Source: Paracoccaceae bacterium
Lineage (GTDB): Bacteria; Pseudomonadota; Alphaproteobacteria; Rhodobacterales; Rhodobacteraceae
NCBI GenBank assembly: GCA_963662395.1
Contig: OY759511.1
Location: 4,100,820 to 4,164,819, forward strand
DNA: 64,000 nucleotides
Direction: 5' to 3'
Shown: in pieces, positions 36,528 to 45,935 of the stretch
Numbering within the stretch: position 1 is the first letter of the stretch
Layout of the letters: each line of letters opens with the position of its first letter
The notes under the pieces: model-generated
What the model saw: only the letters and a program-made list of their open reading frames with translations
Told to the model about the DNA's origin: nothing
Database searches by the model: none
Program-made: the position numbers and the translations under genes

Positions 36528-37513
36528 GGTCGCACCTCCTCCAGGACCGGTGCCGCATAGCGTTCAAATCGCCGGTTGCCCTGTTGCAGCAGGGCATCGG
36601 TGATGGTGATGCAGACGGCGGTGGAGGACGGATCGGCATGGCCAAGAAAGGTCGACAGATGCATGAGACGCGCATTCGGGTCGATCCCGGCGCGATACCA
36701 GCCGAGCAGGGTCGAGACGGCAAAGCTGTGGCGAAGGCAATGCAGTCTTGGCGGCGCGGTGCCCGGTGGAACCGTGAGGTCCAGCCCGAAGACGAGATGC
36801 CGGAATGTCCTGCTGACGGACCGGCTTCCCACCGGCAGCCGCCCGCCTGCGTCCAGCGAGAACAGCGGATCGTCCGGCGCCGGCCGCAGGCGGCTCCAGC
36901 GCCGCTGCAGGCAGTCACCAAGCGCGGCCTCCATGCGCGGACCGAAGGGGACCAGGCGGCTCTTCAGGAACTTGGTGTTGCGGATATGCAGGCACCGGCG
37001 CTGGTGATCGATGTCTGCGTGCAGCAGCCGGGTCGCCTCGCTGACCCGCAGGCCCAGCCCATACATCAGGGCAAGGATCATCCGGTAGGTCGCGGCCCGA
37101 TGGACGTGGCGCCGGGTATCCCGCAGCGTGGCAGCGCAGGCAAGAAGACGTTCGACGTCAGCCGGCTCGAGCAGGAACGGCATCGGTTGCCCGCCGACCC
37201 GGCGGGGCCGGGCCCGCACCGGCGAGGAGGACAGCACCTCCTGGACGACCAGCCAGCGAAACAGCCTCTGCAGCACGCCGACCAGGTGATTGTAGCTGCG
37301 CGGCCGGCCTCGCGGCCGCGAGGCAAGAAAGGAATCGATCAGGTCGGGCGTGATGCCGGAGAGCTCGCTCACGCCGTGCATGAACAGGAACCGGTCGAGC
37401 AGCCTGAGGGCGTTTTCCTCGGTGTCGAAACGCTTGCCCAGGGCCCGGTGGTGCGCAAGGAAGCGACGGATTCCGTCGGCCAGCACGCTGTGGAAGTGGT
37501 CCGTCATGTTCAC
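36524..37513 (-). CDS. Tyrosine recombinase, second gene of the trio (329 aa)
   Basis: GLRVSEATRL...IRNTKFLKSRLVPF...HCLRHSFAVSTL...FLGHADPSSTAVCITI. 4-nt overlaps on both sides. Confidence 0.9.
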   Translation of the reverse strand: MNMTDHFHSVLADGIRRFLAHHRALGKRFDTEENALRLLDRFLFMHGVSELSGITPDLIDSFLASRPRGRPRSYNHLVGVLQRLFRWLVVQEVLSSSPVRARPRRVGGQPMPFLLEPADVERLLACAATLRDTRRHVHRAATYRMILALMYGLGLRVSEATRLLHADIDHQRRCLHIRNTKFLKSRLVPFGPRMEAALGDCLQRRWSRLRPAPDDPLFSLDAGGRLPVGSRSVSRTFRHLVFGLDLTVPPGTAPPRLHCLRHSFAVSTLLGWYRAGIDPNARLMHLSTFLGHADPSSTAVCITITDALLQQGNRRFERYAAPVLEEVRP

Positions 37514-38756
37514 AGCACCGCCTCCCCGTCGCCGAGAGCCAGCTCGCGAAGGGCCTCGAGTTCAATCTTGCTGTAGATGTCCGTGCTGCCGGGATCCCGG
37601 TGGCCAATGAAGTCTCCGATGGTCTTGAGCGGAAACCGGGAATCGATCAGGCGTTGCACGCAGCTGTGCCTGAAGGTGTGCGCGCCGCCACGGTGCACCT
37701 CAACGCCGGCACGTCGCAGGCGCCTGCCAGCCATCTGCGAGATGCAGGCGGCGCTGACGGGGTTGAATGGCGGTGTGCAGCACCGGAACACGGCGCGGCC
37801 GGCAACATCGGGACGTCCGTGGCGCAGATACTCGATGATGGCCCCGGCAACGACGCCGGCCAGGGGGAATGCGGTGTTGTGCCCTGCCTTGCGGTCGGCC
37901 ACCAGCAACCTTTCGCGCTCCCAGTCGATGGAATCGAGGCTCAGCGACGCGACCTCGCGGCCACGCAGCCCGCAGACAATCAGCAGCAGCAGGATTGCGT
38001 AGTCGCGATTGCCGATCCGGGTGCGCCGGTCGACATGTTCGAGGACGCATTCGATCTCCGGCCAGGAGATTGAACGCGGAAGGCTGGACAGGCGGTAGAC
38101 CCGGGGACCGTCCACGGCGGCGCTGAGGTCACGCTCGTGCAGGCCGACCCGATACAGGTAGCGAAGAAAGATGCGCAAATCGCTGCACAGCACATGCATT
38201 GCCGACTTGCTCAAATCACGTCCGCAGCCGGCGACGAATGCACTCGGGATGGTCGGCGACAGATGCCGCAACGCCGTCAGTTCGATGCGATCGAGATATC
38301 TCTCCAGACGTCGCAGATGCGCCGCATGGTGCGATAGCGTTGTCTTCTGCAGACCACGTTCCTGCAGAAGATGGTCGAGGAATCCCGGAACGGAAAGGGG
38401 AGCCGGCGGCGGGCGCAGGGCATGCCGGGCAGCAGGATTTGCAGCATCTGCTCGACCGAAATCCGGATCTTGCCGGTGAACCATGGCGGCGGCGCCTTGC
38501 GGTTGCGCCGTCGATAGCTGCGCGCCATGTGTGCCACGAACGCCTCGACCAGGTCGGGCAGGTCTTCGACCCGGCTCGCCCCGCCCCTGCCGGCATGGTC
38601 GGCAAGGTGCATGAGCACAAACACCCTCTGGCGAATTGTGCTTGCCGAATATCCCTGCGTGGCCAGCCAGCCCACGTAATCCTCGATCGGCCGGCCGAGC
38701 CATGATGCCCGGATCCGGTCCCAGCTTCCCGGTTGCACGAAATACTGTTCTGACAT
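37510..38756 (-). pseudogene. Tyrosine recombinase, first gene of the trio, frameshifted
   Basis: GGGGAG precedes ATG 38756 (MSEQYFVQPGSWDRIRASWLGRPIEDYVGWL...). The length of 1,247 nt is not divisible by 3. The frame switches near 38395-38410 into PGFLDHLLQERGLQKTTL...GLRGREVASL...HTFRHSCVQRL...FIGHRDPGSTDIYSK. Confidence 0.8.
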
Positions 38757-38800
38757 GACAATCTCCCCGTCGAATTTGAAACAGGGTGAATTGTCCATGA

Positions 38801-38890
38801 AAATCATGTGGCCGGAAATCCGCTTGCCGCGGCTGGAGCTGGCCGGTTGCGGGCAACCGGCCACATAACCGAACTGGGCACATGACACCG
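38801..38890. repeat. RIT terminal inverted repeat, right (90 bp)
   Basis: Exact reverse complement of 35435-35524. Confidence 0.95.
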
Positions 38891-39492
38891 ACAATGGCAG
38901 TGCCTGCCGGTCCCGGCGCCTCGAGCTCGTTTGCGCCCGTCCCGGTGTGGCCCTGATCCATGCACGGCCATACAGGCCCCGGGGAAAAGGTAAATGTGAG
39001 CGCTGTATACGCACTGTCAGACAACGCTTCCTGCCGGGCCTGGAGCCGGCCGACACCGCCAGCCTCGATGTCCTCGATCGCCGCCTGGCGGCCTGGGTGG
39101 AAGGCGAATATCACCATCGCCCCCACCGCGGTCTCGAAGGCATGACCCCGGCCGATGCCCGGGCCGCCAGGGCCCGGGATGTCCGCCTCGTCGATGGCAG
39201 CATCGATCCTGACGACCTGTTCCTCGAGGAGGCGGTGCGCAAGGTCGGCAAGGACCGGGTGGTCAGCCTGCGAAACCGGCTCCACGAGGTGGGTGCCGGC
39301 CTGGTCGGGCAGAAGGTGACCCTGCGCTTCGAGCCGGCAGCCCCGCCGGGCCGTCCGATCATCGTGGTGACCGATGACGGGGATGCCGGGCAGGCCCGGC
39401 CGCTCGACCCGGGTACAAATGCCAGGGTGAAGCGCGGCCACGCCATCTCCTTCTCCAGTATCGGCAATGATGGCGGGGAGGAGGGCCGAGCC

Positions 39493-40272
39493 ATGTACCG
39501 TCGATCCTTCTCGCTCGCCCGCCGGCCCTTCGAAAGCGACATCCCGTCCGACCAGCTGTTCCAGGGCCAGGCCGCCACCGAGGCGCAGGCACGCCTCGGC
39601 CTCCTGACCGGCGAGGCCGGCTCCGGCAAGACCACCGCCTGCCGGCGCTTCGCCGACAGCCTTGCCCGCGGCCTCTTCAGGATCATCTACCTGCCGCTCG
39701 GCGCCGTCACGCCGCTCGAGGCCATGAACGGCATCGCCGCCGGGCCCGGGCTTGCCCCCGGACAGTCCCGCCACATGGTCGGGCGCGCCATCGCCGGCGA
39801 ATTGTCGCGCCTGGCCGGTGGCCGGCAGACACCGGTGCCGATCATCGACGAGGCCCGTCTGCTGCCGAATGCGGTGCTCGAGGATTTGCGCCTGCTCACC
39901 AGTTTCGAAATCGATTCCGAGCAGCGCTTCTGCCTGCTGCCGACCGGGCTGACCGGGCTCAGGCGGCGGCTGGCAATGGGTGTCAACGAATCCCTTGCCC
40001 AGCGCCTGGTGGTGCGCCACCACATGGACGGGCTGGCGGCAGAGGAGATCGGGCCCTGGATCGAGCACCGGCTTCGCCTGGCCGGCGCTGCCGACATCCC
40101 GCTCTTCGAAACGAATGCCATCGCCGCCATCGTGCAGACCGCCCGCGGCCTGCCGCGCCGGGTGGGCCAGATTGCCCATGATGCACTGGCGGCCGCTGCC
40201 GCCGGCAAGGACCGGCAGGTCACCGAGAACCACGTCGCCCGGGCAGTGGACGAACTCAACCTCAAGACATGA
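39493..40272 (+). CDS. AAA+ ATPase, TniB/ExeA-like transposition helper (259 aa)
   Basis: GGGGAGGAGG precedes ATG 39493. MYRRSFSLARRPFESD...LLTGEAGSGKTTACRR is a Walker A motif and PIIDEARLL a Walker B-like motif. It lies in the same frame as the transposase with no intervening stop. Confidence 0.7.
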   Translation: MYRRSFSLARRPFESDIPSDQLFQGQAATEAQARLGLLTGEAGSGKTTACRRFADSLARGLFRIIYLPLGAVTPLEAMNGIAAGPGLAPGQSRHMVGRAIAGELSRLAGGRQTPVPIIDEARLLPNAVLEDLRLLTSFEIDSEQRFCLLPTGLTGLRRRLAMGVNESLAQRLVVRHHMDGLAAEEIGPWIEHRLRLAGAADIPLFETNAIAAIVQTARGLPRRVGQIAHDALAAAAAGKDRQVTENHVARAVDELNLKT

Positions 40273-41351
40273 ACAGGCGGCAGGATGACTGGAGCCGGCT
40301 GCGGCAATTGCCGCTCCGGCAGGTCGCCGCCAGGCTCGGCTACCGGTGCGATCCGCGCGACCGCAGCCGCTTCCGGCGCGAGGGATCGATCCTCAGCATC
40401 ACCGGCGAGAAGTTCTGCGATCACCGGCAGGGCTGTGGCGGTGGCGGTGCCATCGATCTGGTCATCCATGCCGAAGGGACAAGCTTCCCGGAGGCGGTGA
40501 AGCGCCTCCGGCAGCCGGCAGGGGAGCTGGTGCCGGAGAAGGCGGCGGCACCCGGCCGGGAACTGGTTCTGCCACCGCCGGCAGATTCCGCATGGCCGGC
40601 CATCCGCCGCCGGCTCACCCGGGAGCGGGCCCTGCCAGCCGATCTGGTGGCGGCGCCGGGCCGGCGCGGCCCGGTTCATGCCGATGCCCGCGGCAGCGCG
40701 GTCTTCCTTGCCACCGACCGGCACCGGAAGCCGGCCGGCGCCGAATGCCGTGGAACCGCCTGCATTCCGGGCAGGAAGCGGTTCCGGGGAATGGCGCCCG
40801 GCTCGCGCAAGGACCGCGGCAGCTTCCGGATCGGCGGCGGGCCCGCTACCGTGGATACGCTGTTCATTGCCGGGAGCGCCATCGACGCGCTCTCGGCATT
40901 TGCCATGCCCGGATCCTGCAGAACCGGATGCGTCTTCCTCTCGACCTGCGGCACCGCCAGCCGGCTGCCCGCATGGGCCGAGGCCTGGAAGCCGGCGCGC
41001 ATCATCTGCGGATTCGATGCCGATGCGGCCGGCGACGAGGCTGCAGGCCGGCTGGCGGCAAGTGACCGGCGCGTCAGCCGGATCCGGCCGGCCGGCGGAA
41101 AGGACCGGAACGCAATCCTCGTGGCGCGCCGCCGGGAACAGACCGCGCGCACGCGGACCGGCCGCACCGCCGGTTCATTCTTCCCGGCAGCCAGGTCCTT
41201 CCGGCCCTGGCTACCGGGAACGGAAACCGGCCGCCGTCATCCCGGAGAAATCAAGGCAGCGCGCAACGGAATCCCGGTCCGGAGCCGAAACAATCAGGAA
41301 ACCGGCCGCCGAGGCACTCTGGAATCCAACAGTGTGCCATTCCTCGGATAG
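40269..41351 (+). CDS. DUF3991/Toprim-domain protein; the C-terminal ~70 codons look non-coding
   Basis: ATGA overlap with the ATPase gene. RQVAARLGYRCDPRDRSRFRREGSILSITGEKFCDHRQGCGGGGAIDLVIHAEGTSFPEAVKRL is DUF3991-like. LFIAGSAIDALS...ICGFDADAAGDEAA...GGKDRNAIL is Toprim-like. Confidence 0.6.
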   Translation: MNRRQDDWSRLRQLPLRQVAARLGYRCDPRDRSRFRREGSILSITGEKFCDHRQGCGGGGAIDLVIHAEGTSFPEAVKRLRQPAGELVPEKAAAPGRELVLPPPADSAWPAIRRRLTRERALPADLVAAPGRRGPVHADARGSAVFLATDRHRKPAGAECRGTACIPGRKRFRGMAPGSRKDRGSFRIGGGPATVDTLFIAGSAIDALSAFAMPGSCRTGCVFLSTCGTASRLPAWAEAWKPARIICGFDADAAGDEAAGRLAASDRRVSRIRPAGGKDRNAILVARRREQTARTRTGRTAGSFFPAARSFRPWLPGTETGRRHPGEIKAARNGIPVRSRNNQETGRRGTLESNSVPFLG

Positions 41352-41410
41352 TCGCTCTGCACAAGCCATATCAGCAAATCCAGCGCAATGATCAACTCGA
41401 CTTTGCACGA

Positions 41411-42499
41411 TTATGCCGCGTGGCACAGCGTTTCAACCATGCGCCTGACCCTCTCCGGAGGCACTTTGAGCCTGCCGTATCTGGCTGCTGCCTCGCTCCC
41501 GGCATGATCGACAGGATCGGGCGGCCGGGTTTTGTGCCACTCCCGGTCTGGCGGGGAGCGTTGGAATCGTCCATCCAGCCACGATCGGCACCGCACGGCG
41601 GCGATGGCATCGGAGAAGGTGAAGGCGGATTTGCGCCACCAGGCGGCGGCATCGGAATGCGGCTCCCGGGCCGGAAGATCGGTGGCCCACAGGCAGACCA
41701 GGCTGCAGAGTCCAGGCAGCACCGGGGTGGTGCGCTCGATCGCGGCATCGGACCATTGTCGCCGGGTCTCCACCCCGGGATGGGCCCGGGCTTCCTGGAA
41801 GGTGGTCTCGATCTGCCGGCGCCGCACGAAGATGGCGATGATCCGCGCCGGATCCATGTCAGGATCGGTACTGAAGAAGGCCCGGGGGTCCCTGACGCCC
41901 TCCGGGTCCCGCACCAGCACCCAGCGAATGGGCTTGGCGCCGGCGCCGGCGCGATACCAGAGCGCCTTCCCGGAGAGGATCTCCAGCGTCCTGTCCTTCA
42001 GGCCTCCATACCAGCGCGAAAGCAAGACCGGCGTCCAGCTTGCGGAGCCGTCAGCAAGACATGTCCCGAGCTTGGGCAGTTGCCTTCCCTTCTGCCTGGG
42101 CCGGCCCATCTGGCCCGGCCGGCGCTGCTCCGGCGCCTCGAACAGGTTGGCATCGAGCCTGAGCCGGCTGATGAGGCAGGCGCGCCGGCCGATGGCGTCT
42201 GCGAGTTCGTGGGTGCCGAAACTGCTGTCGCCGACGAAGATGACCGATCGGCCCGGCAGCCAGCGCAGTATCACCAGCATGCCCTGGCGCGCCCGCTCGG
42301 TGAGCGGCTTGTGGCGCCGTCCCTTCTGTCTGGCCCATCGCGCCGAAGGGGCCAGCAGGGTCATGATCGGCAACGCCTTGATTCCCGGCAACCAGGGCAG
42401 CGGCGTCAGCAACATGAAGCTGAGCCAGCGCAGCCCGCTGGTCTTGACGAAATGACCGTGGCTGGAGCGCACCGGGTCACGCCAGATGCCGCGGGCGCT
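41411..42499 (-). pseudogene. 3' two-thirds of the IS4/IS701-type transposase (truncated, with substitutions)
   Basis: Near-identical to copy 1 from ...RDPVRSSHGHFVKTSGLRWL to the stop, with changes such as FVRRRQIETTF versus FVRRWQIETTF. Homology ends at 42499. Confidence 0.8.
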
Positions 42500-42727
42500 G
42501 AGTAACCGGGCAATCCACGGCGTCCCTTGACACGACATGGCCCTGATTCCGGGCTCGCACCTGTTCTCCCGCCCTGATGTCACGCCGCCACTGCCGACAC
42601 TTTCCTGTGGGCGACATGGACCCGCCTGCGCGGTCTTTCGCCATCCGGGCGAATCACCGCGGCGGCGACATGGCGGCATGACACGGATCGAAGGCGGGCG
42701 GCCGGGCTCTGCCGGCCGCTGATTGCC

Positions 42728-43276
42728 ATGATGCCGCCGCATGACGTCCATGTCGGGACGCATCCGGGCGGCGGTGCCGTCATGCAGCGCAAGCCGCCTG
42801 CCCTGCGCGATATCGGCATCGACGGGAATGCCCGGTCCATCGACGATTTCCGCTGCGACTGTGCGGTCGAGCTCATCCATGGCTGCCGCCACCGTTTCCC
42901 GGCCGGGTATCCGTTCCGGGGCCGGGAGCCGGTCCATGCCGATCCGCCCTATTTGCAGGCCACGCGCCGCCCGGCCCGGCGCTACCGCCACGACATGACC
43001 GACGAAGGCCATGTGGAGCTTCCCGGCATCCCGTGCGCGCCCTGCCGGGTGATGCTCTCCGGCTGTCCGTCCGACCCTTGCGGCGGGATGCTCGAAGGCC
43101 GGGGCTCGCCGGAGCTGCAGCTCGCCAACCAGGCCGGCGTCGCCGCCGGGAAGCTCCGGTTCGACTTCTTTCCCGACCGCGTGCACCGGGCCGGGCCGGC
43201 CGGTCGCAATTTCACCGACCGCCCGGGAAGGACAGATCGCCGGGATGGCGGGACAGATCGCCCGGATGCAGCGTGA
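42728..43276 (+). pseudogene. Diverged paralogue of the IS-borne Dam-like methyltransferase (retains DPPY), opposite orientation, 3' end replaced
   Basis: MMPPHDVHVGTHPGGGAVMQRKPPALRDIGID...VHADPPYLQATRRPARRYRHDMTDEGH aligns with 3148-3768, at roughly half identical residues by eye. Similarity stops after NFTDR (~43222). Confidence 0.55.
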
Positions 43277-44690
43277 GCCTTGCGGCTCGCGCCCGGAGAA
43301 GGGCAAGGGCAGCAATGCGCCGCCGAACAGCAAGGATGGATCGGCGACAGGCAGGAAGAAGACGCGACCGGGCGGCAAGCCCGGACGCAGGAAGGACCGC
43401 AGCGGGTCGGTGAACGAGGCCGGGCTGCGCTACGGCCCCGAAGCGGTCGTCATCGACATCGACGTCATGCCGCCGGAGGTGGAGGGGTTGTCTGCGGATG
43501 AGTACGAGATCATCTCCGAGCGGGTATGCTGCAAGCTGGCAACGGTGCCGGTCCGCCACGCGGTCATCCGCTACCACTACAGGAAGGTGCGGCTGAAGCG
43601 CACCGGCGTGCTGATCTCGCCGCCAGCCCGGGAAGGCGTGTTCGGGAACAGCTGCATCGACGTCTCCTTCGTCGCCGACATGCTCGTGGACAGGCTCGCC
43701 CGGCACCTGCCCCCCTGCCGGCAGCACCAGCGGCTGGCCGAGAGCGGAATCACCATTTCCCGCCGGGCGATGAGCGACTGGGCCAATCGGGCCATCACCC
43801 TCCTGGAGCCGATCTACGAGGCACAGCTGCAATCGGTGCTGCAGAGCGATGTCATCATCATGGACGAGACGCCGGTGCGGGCCGGACGCAAACCCGGCCG
43901 TCCGGGCAGGATGAAGACCGGCCATTGCCGGCCGGTGCTCGGCGAGAGGGGCGAGGTCGTGTTCCCGTTTGCCCGGTCCCGGCAGCACAGGCATGTCGCC
44001 GGGATCCTCGGTGATCATGCCGGCACGCTGGTCAGCGATGGCTACGGTGCCTGCGAGGCCCATGTCGCCATCCGCGAGAAGATGGTGAAGCAGCAAGGCT
44101 GCCGGGCGCATGTCCGCCGCAAGTTCGAGGAACAGCTGGCGAGCCATCCGCAGCTGGCCGCCGAGGCACTGGCGCTGATCGCGCCGATCCACGCCATCGA
44201 GGACGAGATCGCCGGCAAGCCGCCGGGCGTTCGCCTCGAGGCGCGGCGCAGCAGAACCCGCCCGGTGGTCGATGCATTCCGGGTGTGGTGCAGGGAGCGG
44301 CAGGAGGACCCGGCGCCGACACCGGAGCATCCGATCGCCAGGGCAGTCGGCCATGCCACCACCCGGCAGGCGACACTGGAGGTGTTCCTCGAGGACCCGC
44401 AGGTGCCACCGGATTCGAATGGCGTGGAGCGCCAGCTGCGCGGCATCAAGCTGGGGCAGAAGAACTGGCTGTTCTCGTGGACCGGGCCTGGTGCCCGCAA
44501 TGTCGGGATCATCAATAGCTGCACCGCCACCTGCCGGATGCAGGGCATCGATCCCTGCATCCGGCTGACTGATGTGCTCATCCGTGCGGGCACCCATCCG
44601 AACAGCCGGGCAGGCGAGCTGACACCGCGGCGCCGGGCCGAGCTGTTTGCCGACAATCCGATGACATCGGATATCGCCACCACCGGGTGG
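43245..44690 (+). pseudogene. IS66-family transposase TnpC, N-terminally truncated; natural stop lost at the junction
   Basis: RYGPEAVVIDIDVMPPEV...LPPCRQHQRLAESGITISRRAMSDW...DVIIMDETPV...GTLVSDGYGAC...NGVERQLRGIKLGQKNWLFS...ELTPRRRAELFADNPMTSD. Beyond ~44690 the ORF is antisense to tnpB. Confidence 0.75.
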
Positions 44691-44692
44691 CG

Positions 44693-45049
44693 TCACGCCG
44701 CCATGGGCAGGACATGGCGCTTGCGGCGCCGGCGGACGGTGATGTCGATACCCTCCAGCAGCGCCGACAGTTCGGTCGGTGACAGCGACAGTGATTTTCG
44801 CCCCCGTCCCGGCAGCGATGCAAACAGCCCCTGCTCCAGGCGCTTGGACCAGATGAAGAAGCCACCCTGGCCCGCTCCGAGCACCTTGATCATGGTCCGG
44901 CGACGGTTGATGAACACGTACCACCTCCCGGAGGCCGGATTCTCCCCGGGACGGGTCTGCACCAGCGCGCACAGGCCATCGAAGGATTTGCGCATGTCCG
45001 CCGCCTCCGTCTGCAGCCGGATGCCGCCGGCTGGCCAGCCGGCCAGCAT
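44693..45049 (-). CDS. tnpB: IS66 family TnpB (118 aa)
   Basis: IRLQTEAADMRKSFDGLCALVQ...RWYVFINRRRTMIKVL...GFFIWSKRLEQGLF is the canonical IS66 Orf2. Confidence 0.9.
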   Translation of the reverse strand: MLAGWPAGGIRLQTEAADMRKSFDGLCALVQTRPGENPASGRWYVFINRRRTMIKVLGAGQGGFFIWSKRLEQGLFASLPGRGRKSLSLSPTELSALLEGIDITVRRRRKRHVLPMAA

Positions 45050-45333
45050 CAGGACCGCCTGAGGCGCAGGATCATGCCGCCGCCCGGTTCAAGCTCGACA
45101 TCCCAGCCCGGATTGTCCGCTGGTGGTGCGACCTCGACGAAGCTGCCGGCCTTGCCCGCCACAGGATGACCGAGGCGCCGCCGCCAGTTCCGGAAAGTCT
45201 TGCGGGACAGCGCCCGCGATTCGCAGAAGCCCGACTGCGTCATCCCCGAGGCCTCGTAATCGGCCAAGATGGCACGCCACTCATCCTCGCTTCGCATCAC
45301 CGGGGAAGAACCGGCACCGTTCAGATCAGACAT
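45049..45333 (-). CDS. tnpA: IS66 family TnpA accessory protein (94 aa)
   Basis: EWRAILADYEASGMTQSGFCESRALSRKTFRNWRRRL...FVEV is the canonical IS66 Orf1. Its stop overlaps the tnpB start. Confidence 0.85.
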   Translation of the reverse strand: MSDLNGAGSSPVMRSEDEWRAILADYEASGMTQSGFCESRALSRKTFRNWRRRLGHPVAGKAGSFVEVAPPADNPGWDVELEPGGGMILRLRRS

Positions 45334-45627
45334 GACAATATCCTCCGTTCATTGATCGATGAACGGATCATCCTCGTACGATCCCCGGTTGCCCGATCGG
45401 AAAACAGACGCCGTCGTTTGCCCGGTTACGCTGCGGCGGCATCATGGCAATCAGCGCCTGGCACAGGCCGGGTGTTGCCTTCGATCCGAAATATCCCATG
45501 CGGTCTCTCCTCTCACGAGAGCCCGATCCATGGAATCCGGCATCTATCGAGTCAATGCATCGAGGGATGCCGGGCTTGCGCCGGCAGGCAGGGAATGGAA
45601 CACATCGTATCCAGGAGACACTGCCCC

Positions 45628-45915
45628 ATGACCGATATCGATCCCATCGTGCAGCGCATGGAAGCCTTCAATCGGGAAAATGGCGGCGGTGTGAGTGTTC
45701 GCAAGAGCCGGGGCGGCTACAACCTTGCCATGACCGGAACCGGGGCATCGGTCGCCCGGCTGAAGCCGGAGGGACCGGGCGACCGGATGCGGATCCTGTA
45801 CTGGTCATGGCAGGAAAGGTGGAAGGATGTCGGCGACATGGGCGGCATTGTGCTGCCGCTTGACGAGGCCCTCGATCAGATCGCCACTACGGAAATCTTC
45901 TGGACCTGGACGTGA
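45628..45915 (+). CDS. Second copy of the small IS-passenger protein (95 aa)
   Basis: Differs from 3951-4238 by 2 aa (E to G and P to S). Confidence 0.5.
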   Translation: MTDIDPIVQRMEAFNRENGGGVSVRKSRGGYNLAMTGTGASVARLKPEGPGDRMRILYWSWQERWKDVGDMGGIVLPLDEALDQIATTEIFWTWT

Positions 45916-45935
45916 GGAAAATGTGCAAAGTCGAG

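Larger units (their letters stand above)
35435..38890 (-). mobile_element. Recombinase-in-trio (RIT) element
   Basis: Three consecutive tyrosine-recombinase genes with 4-nt overlaps, bounded by 90-bp perfect inverted repeats. Confidence 0.85.
34737..39492 (+). pseudogene. Mu/Tn552/TniA-type DDE (rve) transposase, interrupted by the RIT element
   Basis: GAAAGGGAGA precedes ATG 34737. MDQMREKHRIEVAMFRYRVIAPL...WQSDVMHGP...IVIIDDATR...KKLYT is broken at 35413. It resumes at 38892 as DNGSACRSRRLELVCARPGVALIHARPYRPRGKGKCER, so the LYTDNGS motif is restored on excision. No stop precedes the next gene. Confidence 0.75.
43225..45430 (-). mobile_element. IS66-family element, rearranged (tnpC inverted and 5'-truncated relative to tnpA-tnpB)
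   Basis: tnpA and tnpB are on the minus strand and tnpC on the plus strand, arranged tail-to-tail with tnpB. The terminal sequence ...CGCCGTCGTTTGCCCGGTTAC ends at ~45430, inside codons 3-5 of the copy-2 methyltransferase gene. Confidence 0.65.
41396..45935 (-). mobile_element. IS4/IS701-like IS, copy 2, internally rearranged mosaic
   Basis: Same termini as copy 1 (CTCGACTTTGCAC at 41396, GTGCAAAGTCGAG ending 45935). Flanks ATCAA / ATCAG look like a decayed 5-bp duplication. 41396-42499 matches 1712-2815 and 45432-45935 matches 3755-4258. The interior is replaced by other sequences. Confidence 0.65.

Noticed and set aside
37510-40233. 907-aa ORF on the minus strand
   Set aside because: Only its C-terminal ~280 codons (37510-~38400) are recombinase sequence. 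The rest is Pro/Gly/Arg/Ala-rich antisense read-through of the transposase and ATPase genes, an open-frame artefact typical of high-GC DNA. The same reasoning applies to 31045-32874(-), 43212-44972(-), 58646-59884(-), 22149-23054(-), 14531-15085(-) and similar ORFs.
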